Of a DNA stretch of 64,000 nucleotides, positions 1-9,624 are shown in pieces. The stretch covers positions 2,208,001 to 2,272,000 of the forward strand of contig OZ244905.1 of the NCBI GenBank assembly GCA_965221695.1, read 5' to 3'. Position 1 is the first letter of the stretch; each line of letters starts with the position of its first letter. The translations under genes and the position numbers were made by a program. The notes beneath the pieces are model-generated. The model saw only the letters and a list, made by a program, of their open reading frames with translations. It was not told the origin of the DNA and did no database searches. This stretch comes from Gammaproteobacteria bacterium (GTDB lineage: Bacteria > Pseudomonadota > Gammaproteobacteria > Eutrophobiales > Eutrophobiaceae).

Positions 1-1
1 A

Positions 2-73
2 GTACATCAGCGCCTCGCCCTGCAGGACGGCGAAGTGCGCGAGCCGGCCTGGGGGCCATTTCCATCGGACTGA
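2..73 (+). CDS. tolB: TolB, C-terminal fragment (gene starts before the window)
   Basis: Frame 2 reads VHQRLALQDGEVREPAWGPFPSD*; the VREPAWGP end is typical of TolB and it lies directly upstream of pal. Confidence 0.85.
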   Translation, partial: VHQRLALQDGEVREPAWGPFPSD

Positions 74-191
74 AATAAGGGCGTTTTGCGCTCAAATTCG
101 ATAAATTACCATAACTCATTGGCAGCAAACATCTATTCGATGCTGACAAGCGAATTGGTAATGAGATATTCGGGTTAATCATAGGTCTTAA

Positions 192-234
192 TTAAGGAAG
201 CTCTGAACAAGTCCATCCTGGATGTGTCAGAGGC
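192..234. repeat. Family A MITE derivative (left end plus hairpin 1)
   Basis: ttaaggaagctctgaacaagtccatcctggatgtgtcagag is nearly identical to 57277-57317. Confidence 0.8.
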
Positions 235-337
235 GTGTTATGTTCCTATTGACAATGGATTGTGCTAATCTGTCAGTTATGCCATCACTGCCACTGCGCA
301 TCAATTGATGAGTAGTTCTGATAATCGGAGATCGCTA

Positions 338-886
338 ATGATAAGACAATTTCTGCTGCTGCTTGTAGTTGGCCTGTTCATCACGGCCTGTGCCACCACA
401 CCTGAACAGGATCAAGCCCCGGAGGTGGTAGACAAGTCTGACCTGGCCGACAGAACAGATGACGACGCCACTGCAGAAGCCGGTAGCGAAACACAGACAT
501 TCGGCGCGCAAGGAGACCCGGCCACTGCGCTGGAACAACTGGACAATCCGGAAAGCCTGCTGTCTGTGCGCATCATTTATTTTGACTACGACAGCAGCGC
601 CGTGATCGCGCAATTTGATGAGATCGTCCGCGCCCATGCCGGATTTCTTCAGGCCAATCCTGGAGTGGGTGTCACCCTGGAGGGACATGCCGATGAGCGC
701 GGGTCACGCGAATACAATCTTGCCTTGGGCGAACGGCGCGCGTTGGCGGTCAAACAGCAGTTGGTTGTGCTGGGCGCCTCCCCGGGGCAGATCAACACTG
801 TGAGTTACGGAGAAGAGCGACCTGCCGACCCCGGCCACGACGAGCAATCCTGGGGGTTGAACAGACGCGTGGAATTAGTTTACTGA
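338..886 (+). CDS. pal: Peptidoglycan-associated lipoprotein Pal
   Basis: Lipobox ITAC, OmpA-like domain IYFDYD..EGHADERGSREYNLALGERRA..NRRVEL; ATG338 follows GGAG. Confidence 0.96.
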   Translation: MIRQFLLLLVVGLFITACATTPEQDQAPEVVDKSDLADRTDDDATAEAGSETQTFGAQGDPATALEQLDNPESLLSVRIIYFDYDSSAVIAQFDEIVRAHAGFLQANPGVGVTLEGHADERGSREYNLALGERRALAVKQQLVVLGASPGQINTVSYGEERPADPGHDEQSWGLNRRVELVY

Positions 887-897
887 GCCGATAACCG

Positions 898-2058
898 ATG
901 CGGGCTGAAGCACAGGCGGTCATCCCGCTCATTGTCGCCCTGGCCGGCGTTAACGGATCGGGCGCGCAGGAGCAGGTCACCGACCCCGGGATGAGCGTCG
1001 AGCAACGCCTCGATCGTATTGATAGCGCGCTCTCCAACCAGGGCCTGCTGGAAATGGTGCAGCAGCTTCATGCCTTGGAAATGGAGGTCAATCGCCTGCG
1101 CGGCGAGACGGAAACGCTAAACCACGCGCTTGAGCAATTGAAAAAGCGGCAGCGTGATATGTATACGGACATGGACATGCGCATACAGCGTTTCGAAGAC
1201 CCGGATACCACACTCATCGGCGCCGCGCCGGCGAACGACGAGCCGCCGTTGCAAACCCTGTCGCCGTTTGCAGAGGCAGAACCAACAGGCGCCGCGCAGG
1301 CCGAAACGCCATTGACCCTGGAACTGGTCGGGCAGGAATCGGACCGCGCCGGCGCCGGCATACAGCCTTTAGCCACTGTTCCGGACCAATCGGCGGCGCA
1401 GCCGGGTATTGAGACCGCCCCGCCGCCAACTACGGGAACCAGCCGCACGCAAGAAGCAATCGCTCCCTTGACAGCTCCCTCGGACGAGCCGCCGCAACAG
1501 GCTATTGATCCTGCTTTGGCGCCCGGACCCGCTCCGGCGCAGGAGATGGCGTTGTCTGGACCACGAGAAGACATTTCCGCAGTAACGCCGACGCAGCAAC
1601 CGGCAGCGCCAGGAATGTCCGCGAGCATGGCCACGGGAGCGCTAGAGGAAGCGAGTCCGGAACAGATTGCGGCGGAATACCAGGACGCCTTCAACCTGCT
1701 GAAACAGTCCCTGTATGAGCGTTCGGTGACGGCGTTTCGGGAATTTCTGGCGCGCCATCCGAACAGCGAACACGCCGGCAATGCCCAGTTCTGGCTGGCC
1801 GAGGCGCACTACGTGAATGGTTACTTCGAGCAGGCGCTGGTCGAATATAACACACTGGCGCAGCGCTACCCCGATAGCCGCAAACTCTCCCAGGCAAAAC
1901 TGAAGGCCGCGTTCTGCCAGTATGAACTGGGCCGAGTAGACCCTGCCAGGCAGCGATTGGTGGAAATCATTCAGCAATATCCGGACACGACGGCCGCCAG
2001 CCTGGCGCAGAACAAGCTGGCAGAGATCGCAGCGGCGGCTACTCTCCCAGTTGAATAG
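898..2058 (+). CDS. cpoB: Tol-Pal protein CpoB/YbgF with long Pro/Ala-rich linker
   Basis: N-terminal coiled coil (EQRLDRID..LEMEVNRLRGE), C-terminal TPRs (NAQFWLAE, YPDS), follows pal. Confidence 0.92.
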   Translation: MRAEAQAVIPLIVALAGVNGSGAQEQVTDPGMSVEQRLDRIDSALSNQGLLEMVQQLHALEMEVNRLRGETETLNHALEQLKKRQRDMYTDMDMRIQRFEDPDTTLIGAAPANDEPPLQTLSPFAEAEPTGAAQAETPLTLELVGQESDRAGAGIQPLATVPDQSAAQPGIETAPPPTTGTSRTQEAIAPLTAPSDEPPQQAIDPALAPGPAPAQEMALSGPREDISAVTPTQQPAAPGMSASMATGALEEASPEQIAAEYQDAFNLLKQSLYERSVTAFREFLARHPNSEHAGNAQFWLAEAHYVNGYFEQALVEYNTLAQRYPDSRKLSQAKLKAAFCQYELGRVDPARQRLVEIIQQYPDTTAASLAQNKLAEIAAAATLPVE

Positions 2059-2076
2059 CTTTCAGGCTGTGACAGA

Positions 2077-2099
2077 CGGGCTAACGCCCGCGCTCCCAG
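2077..2099. repeat. Family D REP hairpin
   Basis: cgggctaacgcccgcgctcccag matches copies at 32009, 37909 and 60041. Confidence 0.7.
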
Positions 2100-2210
2100 T
2101 GGTATGAGCAAGCCGCGTGAAGTCGGGCTTGGGTTCGCGGCTGTTGCGCACGCATACGGATGCAAGCACGCCCTACCAGCTATGCGCAAAAAACGCTCGC
2201 GGCAATTGTA

Positions 2211-2936
2211 TTAAGCTCCAAGATAATCTTCCAGTTGCGCCAGTCGCGCGGGAGTACCGATATCGAGCCAAAGACCCCCATAGAGCTCTCCGCTGACTTG
2301 CTGTGTTTGCATAGCCTGGCGCAGTAACGGCGCTAACGGAAAATGTGTCGCAGAGGCTGCGTCCTGTTGTGCTGATAGCTTGCCGTTTTTGAGGGAATGG
2401 CGGTATAGCGCCGTTTCAACGGACTTGAACAATGAGGGCCGATAAACGCCAATGCCGCTAAAAGTATGTTTGGGCGCGCCGGAATCGGACACATTCCCGT
2501 TTTGCAAAACGAAATCGCCCTGTGGGTGATGCGCCGGGTTGGCGACCAAAACCAGGTGCGCCTGGTCGGGGCGCGCCGATTTCAGCGTTTCCAGGGGAAA
2601 ATCTGTCCAGACATCGCCATTGATGACCAGGAAAGGCTCATTGCCCAGCAAGGGCAGCGCCCGTTTAATGCCGCCTCCGGTGCCAAGCGGGGAGTCGCCT
2701 TCCGGCGAGTAACGAATATTCACGCCAAACGCCGCGCCGTCGTCAAACCAAGCCTCGATACGCTTGCCAAAACAAGAATGATTAATCACCAGATCTGCAA
2801 TCCCGGCCCGCGCCAGGGCTTCCACGTGATGTTGTAATAACGGTTTGCCACCCACCGGCAACATCGGCTTGGGCAGGTTATTGGTCAGAGGACGCATTCT
2901 CTCGCCGCGTCCAGCCGCCAGGATCATTGCTTTCAT
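2211..2936 (-). CDS. murU: N-acetylmuramate alpha-1-phosphate uridylyltransferase (nucleotidyltransferase)
   Basis: MKAMILAAGRGERMRPLT..PKP, NPAHHPQGDF, WLDIGTP motifs. Confidence 0.88.
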   Translation of the reverse strand: MKAMILAAGRGERMRPLTNNLPKPMLPVGGKPLLQHHVEALARAGIADLVINHSCFGKRIEAWFDDGAAFGVNIRYSPEGDSPLGTGGGIKRALPLLGNEPFLVINGDVWTDFPLETLKSARPDQAHLVLVANPAHHPQGDFVLQNGNVSDSGAPKHTFSGIGVYRPSLFKSVETALYRHSLKNGKLSAQQDAASATHFPLAPLLRQAMQTQQVSGELYGGLWLDIGTPARLAQLEDYLGA

Positions 2937-2975
2937 CAGTTGAATCGGAGATATGCGGTCTAATGATGATATTAT

Positions 2976-3010
2976 TAGGGAACCTCTGAGATTAAGTCAG
3001 AGGCTCCTTG
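2976..3010. repeat. Family A MITE derivative (terminal hairpin 5 only)
   Basis: agggaacctctgagattaagtcagaggctcctt palindrome matches 57404-57432. Confidence 0.75.
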
Positions 3011-3039
3011 GAATAATACCATCTTCAGGACGTTTGAGT

Positions 3040-3984
3040 ATGTTGATAGCGGTGATAGCGACGCTGGGCGGTCTGGCCCTGCTGACATTGGGGGCGGACC
3101 GATTTGTTGCCGGCGCCGCAAACGCGGCGCGCGCGCTGGGCATATCTCCGCTGATCATCGGCCTGATCGTGGTGGGCGTTGCCACCTCCATGCCGGAGGT
3201 GTTTGTAGGCGGGGTAGCTGCATGGGACGGAAAAACCCGGATTGCGATAGGGAATGCCTTGGGCTCCAATATTGCCAACATCGGCCTGGTACTGGGCGCT
3301 ACCGCGTTGTTTGCGCCGTTGATGGTTCAGTCGCGCACCCTGCGCCGGGAATTTTTTTTCATGCTGGGGGCAATGCTGATTGCGCTGGCGCTGATGTTTG
3401 ACCTGCGCTTGACACGGGTTGACGGCCTGCTGCTGCTGGGCGCGTTAAGCGTGATGCTGGCTTGGATTGTAAAACAAGCAAGTCGCGACGCCGCTGCTGC
3501 GCGCGCCGCTGCCGCGCAGGATGGCGCTCTCAGCCTGGGCAAATCCGTCATCTCGATGTTGGTCGGATTGGTGGTGTTACTGGTAGGCGCTGAACTACTG
3601 GTGCGCGGCGCGGTCTATATTGCCAGGGAATTCGGCGTCAGCGACCTGGTCATTGGTTTGACTATCATTGCAGTCGGCACCAGCTTGCCGGAACTTGCCG
3701 CTTCCCTGATGAGCGTTGCCAGGAAAGAAATTGATATCGCTATCGGCAATGTGATCGGCTCCAATATGTTTAATATGCTGATGGTGTTGGGCATACCATG
3801 TATTATCTATCCTGATAGCTTCGGCAAGGAAGTCCTGTTGCGGGACTTCCTCGTTATGTCGGGGTTGACCCTGCTGATGGCGTGGATGGTGTTTCGCTCG
3901 GGTAAAAACAGGCGCAAGCGCGCGCAAGGCTTGCTATTGCTGTTATGCTTTGCCGGCTACCAGTACTGGCTGTTCCATGGGTAA
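3040..3984 (+). CDS. yrbG: Calcium/sodium antiporter (CaCA family)
   Basis: Two alpha repeats ATSMPE/GTSLPE and GNALGSN/GNVIGSN; upstream of kdsD; start moved from 2953 because that extension crosses a repeat. Confidence 0.9.
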   Translation: MLIAVIATLGGLALLTLGADRFVAGAANAARALGISPLIIGLIVVGVATSMPEVFVGGVAAWDGKTRIAIGNALGSNIANIGLVLGATALFAPLMVQSRTLRREFFFMLGAMLIALALMFDLRLTRVDGLLLLGALSVMLAWIVKQASRDAAAARAAAAQDGALSLGKSVISMLVGLVVLLVGAELLVRGAVYIAREFGVSDLVIGLTIIAVGTSLPELAASLMSVARKEIDIAIGNVIGSNMFNMLMVLGIPCIIYPDSFGKEVLLRDFLVMSGLTLLMAWMVFRSGKNRRKRAQGLLLLLCFAGYQYWLFHG

Positions 3985-4027
3985 TCCCGGCCTGGAGAAA
4001 AACATGCCAAACCCTGATGCCATGATT

Positions 4028-4108
4028 TATGGAAGCTCTGAACAAATCCGCCCAGGACTTGTCACAGACGGCGCATCCCTGTACCGTTTGTTAATCAAGG
4101 GTTCCTTA
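4028..4108. repeat. Family A MITE derivative (hairpins 1 and 4 plus right end)
   Basis: tatggaagctctgaacaaatcc..ggacttgtca..acggcgcatccctgtaccgt..gggttcctta aligns to 57277-57435 with an internal deletion. Confidence 0.75.
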
Positions 4109-5139
4109 TGAGAAGCGTTGAAAAAATGTCTCCTGTGGGACCGTCTCTGGCGCCCGGGACAGTCAAACAAGCGGATCCTGAACAGCTGATACGAGCTGCC
4201 CGCGCGGTCATCGACACGGAAACACAGGCGGTAAGCGCCCTGAAGCAGCGTATAGACAGCCACTTTGTCGGCGCATGCCAATTGATCCTGGCCTGCGAGG
4301 GAAGGGTAGTGGCGCTGGGCATGGGCAAGTCGGGCCACATCGGCCAGAAAATTGCGTCAACGCTTGCCAGCACGGGCACGCCGTCTTTTTTTGTCCACCC
4401 CGCTGAGGCAGGCCATGGCGACCTGGGCATGATCGCCCGGGGCGATGTGGTCATTGCCTTGTCCAACTCCGGCGAAACCGCAGAGATCAGCGCCTTGTTG
4501 CCAGTGATAAAACGTCTGGATATACCACTGATTGCGCTGACCGGCAATTCCGCGTCCACACTGGGAACGGCCGCCACGGTTTGCCTGGACGTCAGCGTCG
4601 CCAGAGAAGCCTGCCCATTGGGTCTGGCGCCGACGGCCAGCACCACCGCGTGCCTGGCGCTTGGCGACGCCCTGGCCATTGCGCTGCTGCAGGCCCGAGG
4701 GTTCAACGCCGAAGATTTTGCCCGCTCTCACCCCAAGGGCTCCCTGGGAAGACGCCTGGCATCGGTGCGCGATATTATGCATACCGGGAAGGAAATGCCT
4801 AAGGTGAGCGAGCAGACCCTGCTGAGTCGGACATTGCTCGAAATGAGCGCAAAAGGACTGGGTATGACCGCAGTGCTGAATGAACAGGGCGAAGTCTCGG
4901 GTATATTTACCGATGGCGACCTGCGCAGGGCCCTTGATGCGGGTTTCGATGTTCACACCACCACCACCGCCGAAGTGATGACAAAAAACCCCAGAACGAT
5001 TGGTGAAAACTGCCTGGCCGCCGAGGCTTTACAACTGATGGAACATTACCGGATTAATGCCTTGCTGGCGCTGGATAAGGATCAACGGCTTGCAGGCGTT
5101 CTGAACATGCACGATCTGCTGCGCGCGCAAACCCTATAA
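4108..5139 (+). CDS. kdsD: Arabinose 5-phosphate isomerase (SIS plus CBS pair)
   Basis: GMGKSGHIG, HPAEAGHGDLG, APTASTT, TDGDLRR; start may be 4126. Confidence 0.95.
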   Translation: MRSVEKMSPVGPSLAPGTVKQADPEQLIRAARAVIDTETQAVSALKQRIDSHFVGACQLILACEGRVVALGMGKSGHIGQKIASTLASTGTPSFFVHPAEAGHGDLGMIARGDVVIALSNSGETAEISALLPVIKRLDIPLIALTGNSASTLGTAATVCLDVSVAREACPLGLAPTASTTACLALGDALAIALLQARGFNAEDFARSHPKGSLGRRLASVRDIMHTGKEMPKVSEQTLLSRTLLEMSAKGLGMTAVLNEQGEVSGIFTDGDLRRALDAGFDVHTTTTAEVMTKNPRTIGENCLAAEALQLMEHYRINALLALDKDQRLAGVLNMHDLLRAQTL

Positions 5140-5142
5140 GCA

Positions 5143-5739
5143 ATGGTTCAACGACTGCTGATACTGGCATTGCTGATCGGCGCGGCTGCCGGCAGCGCAT
5201 GGCTATTGAACTGGTTGTCCGCAGACGCTGATCGTGCGGCGCGAGCCGATGCTCAGGCGCCGGACTATTACATGGAAGATTTCACCACACTGACCATGAA
5301 CCAGGACGGCAAACCGAAAAACAAACTATCGGCGCAACGTCTCGAACATTATCCGTATAACGACGTCACCGAACTTCTCAGGCCGCGCGTGGAATTTTTC
5401 AGAGAGAATGAACTCCCGATCTATATCGATGCCGAAAAAGGACGCCTGATAGGAGATAATGATAACATTCTGTTGTCCGGCATTGTCAAAATGTGGGAAT
5501 ACGATGAGACGGGGAGTCCTGTGCTGGAAGTCAGCGCCTCCCAGGTTAAAGTATCGCTTGACGAGGAATATGCGGAAACAGACAACTATACGACCATTGT
5601 AACCGGCAACGCGGTCATCACCGGAAAGGGTATGCGCGCGTATTTGCCTGAAAGCCGACTGGAAGTAATCAAGCATGAAAAAACCATTATTAACCCGGAT
5701 TCATCGCCAACCGAAGCCAATGTCGCGCCGCGCAGTTGA
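5143..5739 (+). CDS. lptC: LPS export protein LptC
   Basis: N-terminal TM helix, PDYYMEDF, ITGKGMRA; upstream of lptA. Confidence 0.88.
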   Translation: MVQRLLILALLIGAAAGSAWLLNWLSADADRAARADAQAPDYYMEDFTTLTMNQDGKPKNKLSAQRLEHYPYNDVTELLRPRVEFFRENELPIYIDAEKGRLIGDNDNILLSGIVKMWEYDETGSPVLEVSASQVKVSLDEEYAETDNYTTIVTGNAVITGKGMRAYLPESRLEVIKHEKTIINPDSSPTEANVAPRS

Positions 5740-6265
5740 CATATTTTTACTCTTGTCCTGCCTGCTCGGGAGCTTGACGGCGTTTTCCCTGTCTACGGAT
5801 AAGGATCAGCCCATAGAGGTTGAGGCTGACGAAGCCGAACTCGATGATAAGAATGATGTCAGCATTTACCGTGGTAATGTGATTGTGCGCCAAGGTTCCA
5901 TCCACATGACCGGCGATGTCATGACGGTTTACAGCAAGGGCGGAGATGAACTGGACTATATTATCATCGAAGGCAATCCCGCAACCTATAAACAGTTGCC
6001 GGACAACAGCAGCGTGCATGATCAGGCAAAAGCAATGCGCATGGAATATCATGAGACGAAGAATCTCGTGGTGCTGATCCGGGATGCCTGGGTGAAGCAG
6101 GACACTTCGACCCTGGTGGGAGAAAGGATAGAGTACAATACCGAACAAAGCCGGGTAAAGGCGTGGAGCCGTCCCTCTGGCGAAGAAGCGGCAAGCGCGC
6201 CCTCTGCTGAACAAAAGGGTCGGGTGAAACTGATACTGAAAAAGAAAAAGGAACCCGATTCGTGA
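5675..6265 (+). CDS. lptA: LPS transport periplasmic protein LptA
   Basis: [30 protein letters not shown]; start may be 5720. Confidence 0.93.
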   Translation: MKKPLLTRIHRQPKPMSRRAVDIFLLLSCLLGSLTAFSLSTDKDQPIEVEADEAELDDKNDVSIYRGNVIVRQGSIHMTGDVMTVYSKGGDELDYIIIEGNPATYKQLPDNSSVHDQAKAMRMEYHETKNLVVLIRDAWVKQDTSTLVGERIEYNTEQSRVKAWSRPSGEEAASAPSAEQKGRVKLILKKKKEPDS

Positions 6266-6281
6266 ATTGGTCTATGCCAGC

Positions 6282-7007
6282 ATGAGCGTTTTATCCGTAC
6301 AGGGCATATCCAAGTCATTCCGTTCACGCCAGGTGGTAAACGACATCTGCCTGACTGTGAACAGCAGTGAAATCGTTGGCTTGTTAGGCCCGAACGGGGC
6401 CGGTAAGACAACCAGTTTCCACATGATCGTCGGGCTGATACCCTGTGACAATGGTGAAATTTTCCTGGATGGAAAAGATATCAGCTTGTTACCCATGGAA
6501 AAGCGAGCGCGGCTCGGTTTGGGCTATTTACCCCAAGAGTCATCCATCTTCCGCAAGCTCACCGTAGAAGAAAACATCCTGGCTGTGCTCGAGTTGCGAA
6601 AGAACCTGAGCAAGGCGGAAGCCAAGCGGCGAACCGAAGCGCTGTTACACGAGTTCCACGTATCACACCTGCGCGACAGCCTGGGCTTGAGCCTGTCTGG
6701 CGGCGAGCGGCGGCGCGTGGAGATTGCCCGGGCGCTTGCCACAGAGCCCCAGTTTCTCTTGCTGGACGAACCGTTCGCAGGAATTGACCCCATCTCCATC
6801 AACGACATTCAACGGATAACAGGCTACCTGCGGGAAAAAGGCATAGGAATCCTGATCACCGATCACAATGTCTGGGAAGCCCTGGGCGCGTGCGACCGTG
6901 TGTATATCGTTAATGAAGGAAAGATCCTGGCAGAGGGAACGCCGGACGAAATCCTGGCCAATGAAACCGTCAGGGATGTGTACCTGGGTTTCGACTTCAG
7001 ACTTTAG
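6282..7007 (+). CDS. lptB: LPS export ABC ATPase LptB
   Basis: [36 protein letters not shown] end. Confidence 0.96.
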   Translation: MSVLSVQGISKSFRSRQVVNDICLTVNSSEIVGLLGPNGAGKTTSFHMIVGLIPCDNGEIFLDGKDISLLPMEKRARLGLGYLPQESSIFRKLTVEENILAVLELRKNLSKAEAKRRTEALLHEFHVSHLRDSLGLSLSGGERRRVEIARALATEPQFLLLDEPFAGIDPISINDIQRITGYLREKGIGILITDHNVWEALGACDRVYIVNEGKILAEGTPDEILANETVRDVYLGFDFRL

Positions 7008-7058
7008 CTCGCCCCGTGTAATTTGGGGAATGATCGGGTTTTAAGCTAAACTTCAGGT

Positions 7059-8516
7059 ATGAAACAATCGCTGGCGCTCAAATTCAGTCAGGGCTTGACC
7101 ATGACGCCGCAACTGCAACAGGCCATCAGGATGTTGCAGTTGTCCAGCCTGGAATTGAACCTGGAAATACAGGGAGCGCTGGATTCCAATATGATGCTGG
7201 AATTGGACGAGGACAATCCGACCGGCCTGCAGGCCAACGGCGCTGAAACCGGCTCCGCGCAACTCGACGAGTCCGACTACCCGGAAACCTTCAATCAAGA
7301 CACCATCCCGGACGACTTGCCGGTTGATACCGTATGGGAAGATATCTATGATGCCGCGACCTATCAGCCACGCAGTGGCTTGGAGGCGCAGGTCTACGCG
7401 GAAGAGTACCGGGATAGCGGAGAGTGTAATCTCCAACGCCAGTTGCTGGCGCAACTTGATCTGGTCACACTGTCCGTCACCGACAAGGTTATTGCCATTG
7501 CCTTGATCGACGCAATTAATGACGACGGATACCTGACCGCAAGCCTGGAGGAAATCCGCGCCACCCTGTCTGCCGACTTCGATGTGGAAGAGGAAGAGGT
7601 ACAAGCGGCGTTACGCCTGGTTCAAACTTTTGAGCCGGCGGGAGTCGGCGCTCGCGACCTGTCCGAGTGTCTGAGCCTGCAACTGGCGCAACTGCCGCCG
7701 GACACCCCCTGGCTGGATGCGGCGCGCGTGCTGGCCGAGCAACATTTGCAATTGCTGGCCATGCGCGACTACAAACGTCTGGCGAAACGTATGAGCCTGG
7801 GGCGACAGGAACTCGAACAGGCGGCAGCATTGCTACAATCCCTGCGCCCGCGGCCCGGCAGTCAGGCGCAGGATACCCATGAGGAGTACGTGACACCAGA
7901 TGTGCTGGTAAAAAAAGCAGGAGCTTCCTGGAAGGTGGAACTGAATACAGACGCGCTACCACGCGTGCGCATCAACACAAACTATGCTGGCATGATCCGG
8001 CGCGCGGACAATAGCGCGGATAATGTTTCGCTGAAAAATCATTTGCAGGAGGCGCGCTGGTTCATCAAAAGTCTACAGAGCCGCAGCGAAACCCTGCTGC
8101 GGGTTGCCTCTTGTATTGTTGAGAAGCAACGCGCTTTTCTGGAATATGGCGAAGAAGCGATGAAACCGCTGGTATTGCATGATGTGGCTGAAAGTCTGGG
8201 CTTGCATGATTCGACCGTTTCAAGGGTGACTGCCAGTAAATACATGCATACGCCTCGAGGTGTATTTGAACTGAAATATTTTTTTTCCAGTCATGTGAAC
8301 ACAGATCAAGGCGGGACCTGCTCTGCCACGGCTATCCGCGCGCTCATCAAAAAACATATTCAGGCAGAAGATCCTGATAAACCATTGAGCGATAACAAAA
8401 TAGTCAAACTACTGGCGGAGCGCGGCATTCAGGTCGCGCGCAGGACCGTAGCAAAATACCGCGAAGCGCTATCAATACCATCATCAAGTGAGCGGAAAAG
8501 GACGAACTTATTTTAG
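7059..8516 (+). CDS. rpoN: RNA polymerase sigma-54 factor
   Basis: TPQLQQAIRMLQL N-terminus and RpoN box ARRTVAKYRE. Confidence 0.98.
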   Translation: MKQSLALKFSQGLTMTPQLQQAIRMLQLSSLELNLEIQGALDSNMMLELDEDNPTGLQANGAETGSAQLDESDYPETFNQDTIPDDLPVDTVWEDIYDAATYQPRSGLEAQVYAEEYRDSGECNLQRQLLAQLDLVTLSVTDKVIAIALIDAINDDGYLTASLEEIRATLSADFDVEEEEVQAALRLVQTFEPAGVGARDLSECLSLQLAQLPPDTPWLDAARVLAEQHLQLLAMRDYKRLAKRMSLGRQELEQAAALLQSLRPRPGSQAQDTHEEYVTPDVLVKKAGASWKVELNTDALPRVRINTNYAGMIRRADNSADNVSLKNHLQEARWFIKSLQSRSETLLRVASCIVEKQRAFLEYGEEAMKPLVLHDVAESLGLHDSTVSRVTASKYMHTPRGVFELKYFFSSHVNTDQGGTCSATAIRALIKKHIQAEDPDKPLSDNKIVKLLAERGIQVARRTVAKYREALSIPSSSERKRTNLF

Positions 8517-8583
8517 CCCGCATTTCCAGTTACTTTTTCCCTGAGTTTTCCAGGGAGTTTTTACCCACATGACGGAGGACATC

Positions 8584-8877
8584 ATGCAAATTAACCTTTC
8601 CGGCCATCACTTGGATATCACCCCGGCCTTGCGATCCTATGTGGCGACAAAACTGAAGCGCATAGAGCGCCATTTTGATCACGTCATTACCGTACACATA
8701 ATCTTGTCGGTTGAGAAGGAACGAAAAAAGGCCGAGGCAACGATACATGTAAATCGCGGCAACCTGTTTGCCGATGCCGAACACAATGACATGTATGCGG
8801 CCATTGACAGGTTGATTGACAAGCTCGACCGGCAGGTAAAGAAACACAAGGAAAAATTGTCCGACCACCGTAGTTGA
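8584..8877 (+). CDS. hpf: Ribosome hibernation promoting factor
   Basis: MQINLSGHHLDITPALR..DMYAAID..LDRQ; follows rpoN. Confidence 0.95.
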   Translation: MQINLSGHHLDITPALRSYVATKLKRIERHFDHVITVHIILSVEKERKKAEATIHVNRGNLFADAEHNDMYAAIDRLIDKLDRQVKKHKEKLSDHRS

Positions 8878-8899
8878 TCACCTTCGTTCTGTAGCTTCA

Positions 8900-9361
8900 A
8901 TGGAAATATCAGACATTCTGACGCGCGAACACATTCTGTGTAATGCTGAACTGTCCAGCAAGAAGGCTGTGCTGGAGACCCTTGCGCTCCTGCTGGCTGA
9001 CGGCGCCGGCAACCGCGCCACCGGGCAACAGGTTTTCAACTGCTTGTTATCCCGAGAACGTCTGGGCGGGACCGGTCTGGGCAACGGTATTGCTCTACCT
9101 CATGGTCGGTTGAAGAACAACTTTTCCACGACCGCCGCATTTATCAAACTGAAGCAGGGCGTGGATTACGATGCCATTGACCGCCAGCCGGTTGACCTGG
9201 TATTTGCCCTGCTGGCGCCGGAAGACTCGACCGAGGAACATTTACAGATCCTGGCAAAACTTGCTGAGATGTTTGCCAGTCCTGAATTCTTGACGCGGTT
9301 GAGGAGGCAAAAATCTGAAGAAGCGATTTACCAACTGCTTACGGACAGCAAAGTTTGCTGA
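8900..9361 (+). CDS. ptsN: PTS IIA-like nitrogen regulatory protein
   Basis: RERLGGTGLGNGIALPHGR, HLQILA. Confidence 0.93.
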   Translation: MEISDILTREHILCNAELSSKKAVLETLALLLADGAGNRATGQQVFNCLLSRERLGGTGLGNGIALPHGRLKNNFSTTAAFIKLKQGVDYDAIDRQPVDLVFALLAPEDSTEEHLQILAKLAEMFASPEFLTRLRRQKSEEAIYQLLTDSKVC

Positions 9362-9624
9362 AAAAAAACCTCATCATTATTAATAAGTTGGGATTGCATG
9401 CCCGCGCCGCAGCCCGGTTTGTGGAAACTGCGGCCGGGTATGAATCAGACATCAGGGTTAAATCGGGAGCGAAAACCGTCGATGGAAAAAGTATTATGGG
9501 ACTGATGATGCTGGCCGCAGCAAAAGGGGCGGAATTGGAATTGACCGTTTATGGCAAAGATGAGGAGGCGGCGCTCGGAGCGCTGGCGAGACTGATCGAA
9601 AACCGCTTCGAGGAAGAGATATGA
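9355..9624 (+). CDS. ptsH: Phosphocarrier HPr/NPr
   Basis: NKLGLHARAA (His15) and GKSIMGLM (Ser46); TTG start. Confidence 0.9.
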   Translation: MLKKNLIIINKLGLHARAAARFVETAAGYESDIRVKSGAKTVDGKSIMGLMMLAAAKGAELELTVYGKDEEAALGALARLIENRFEEEI

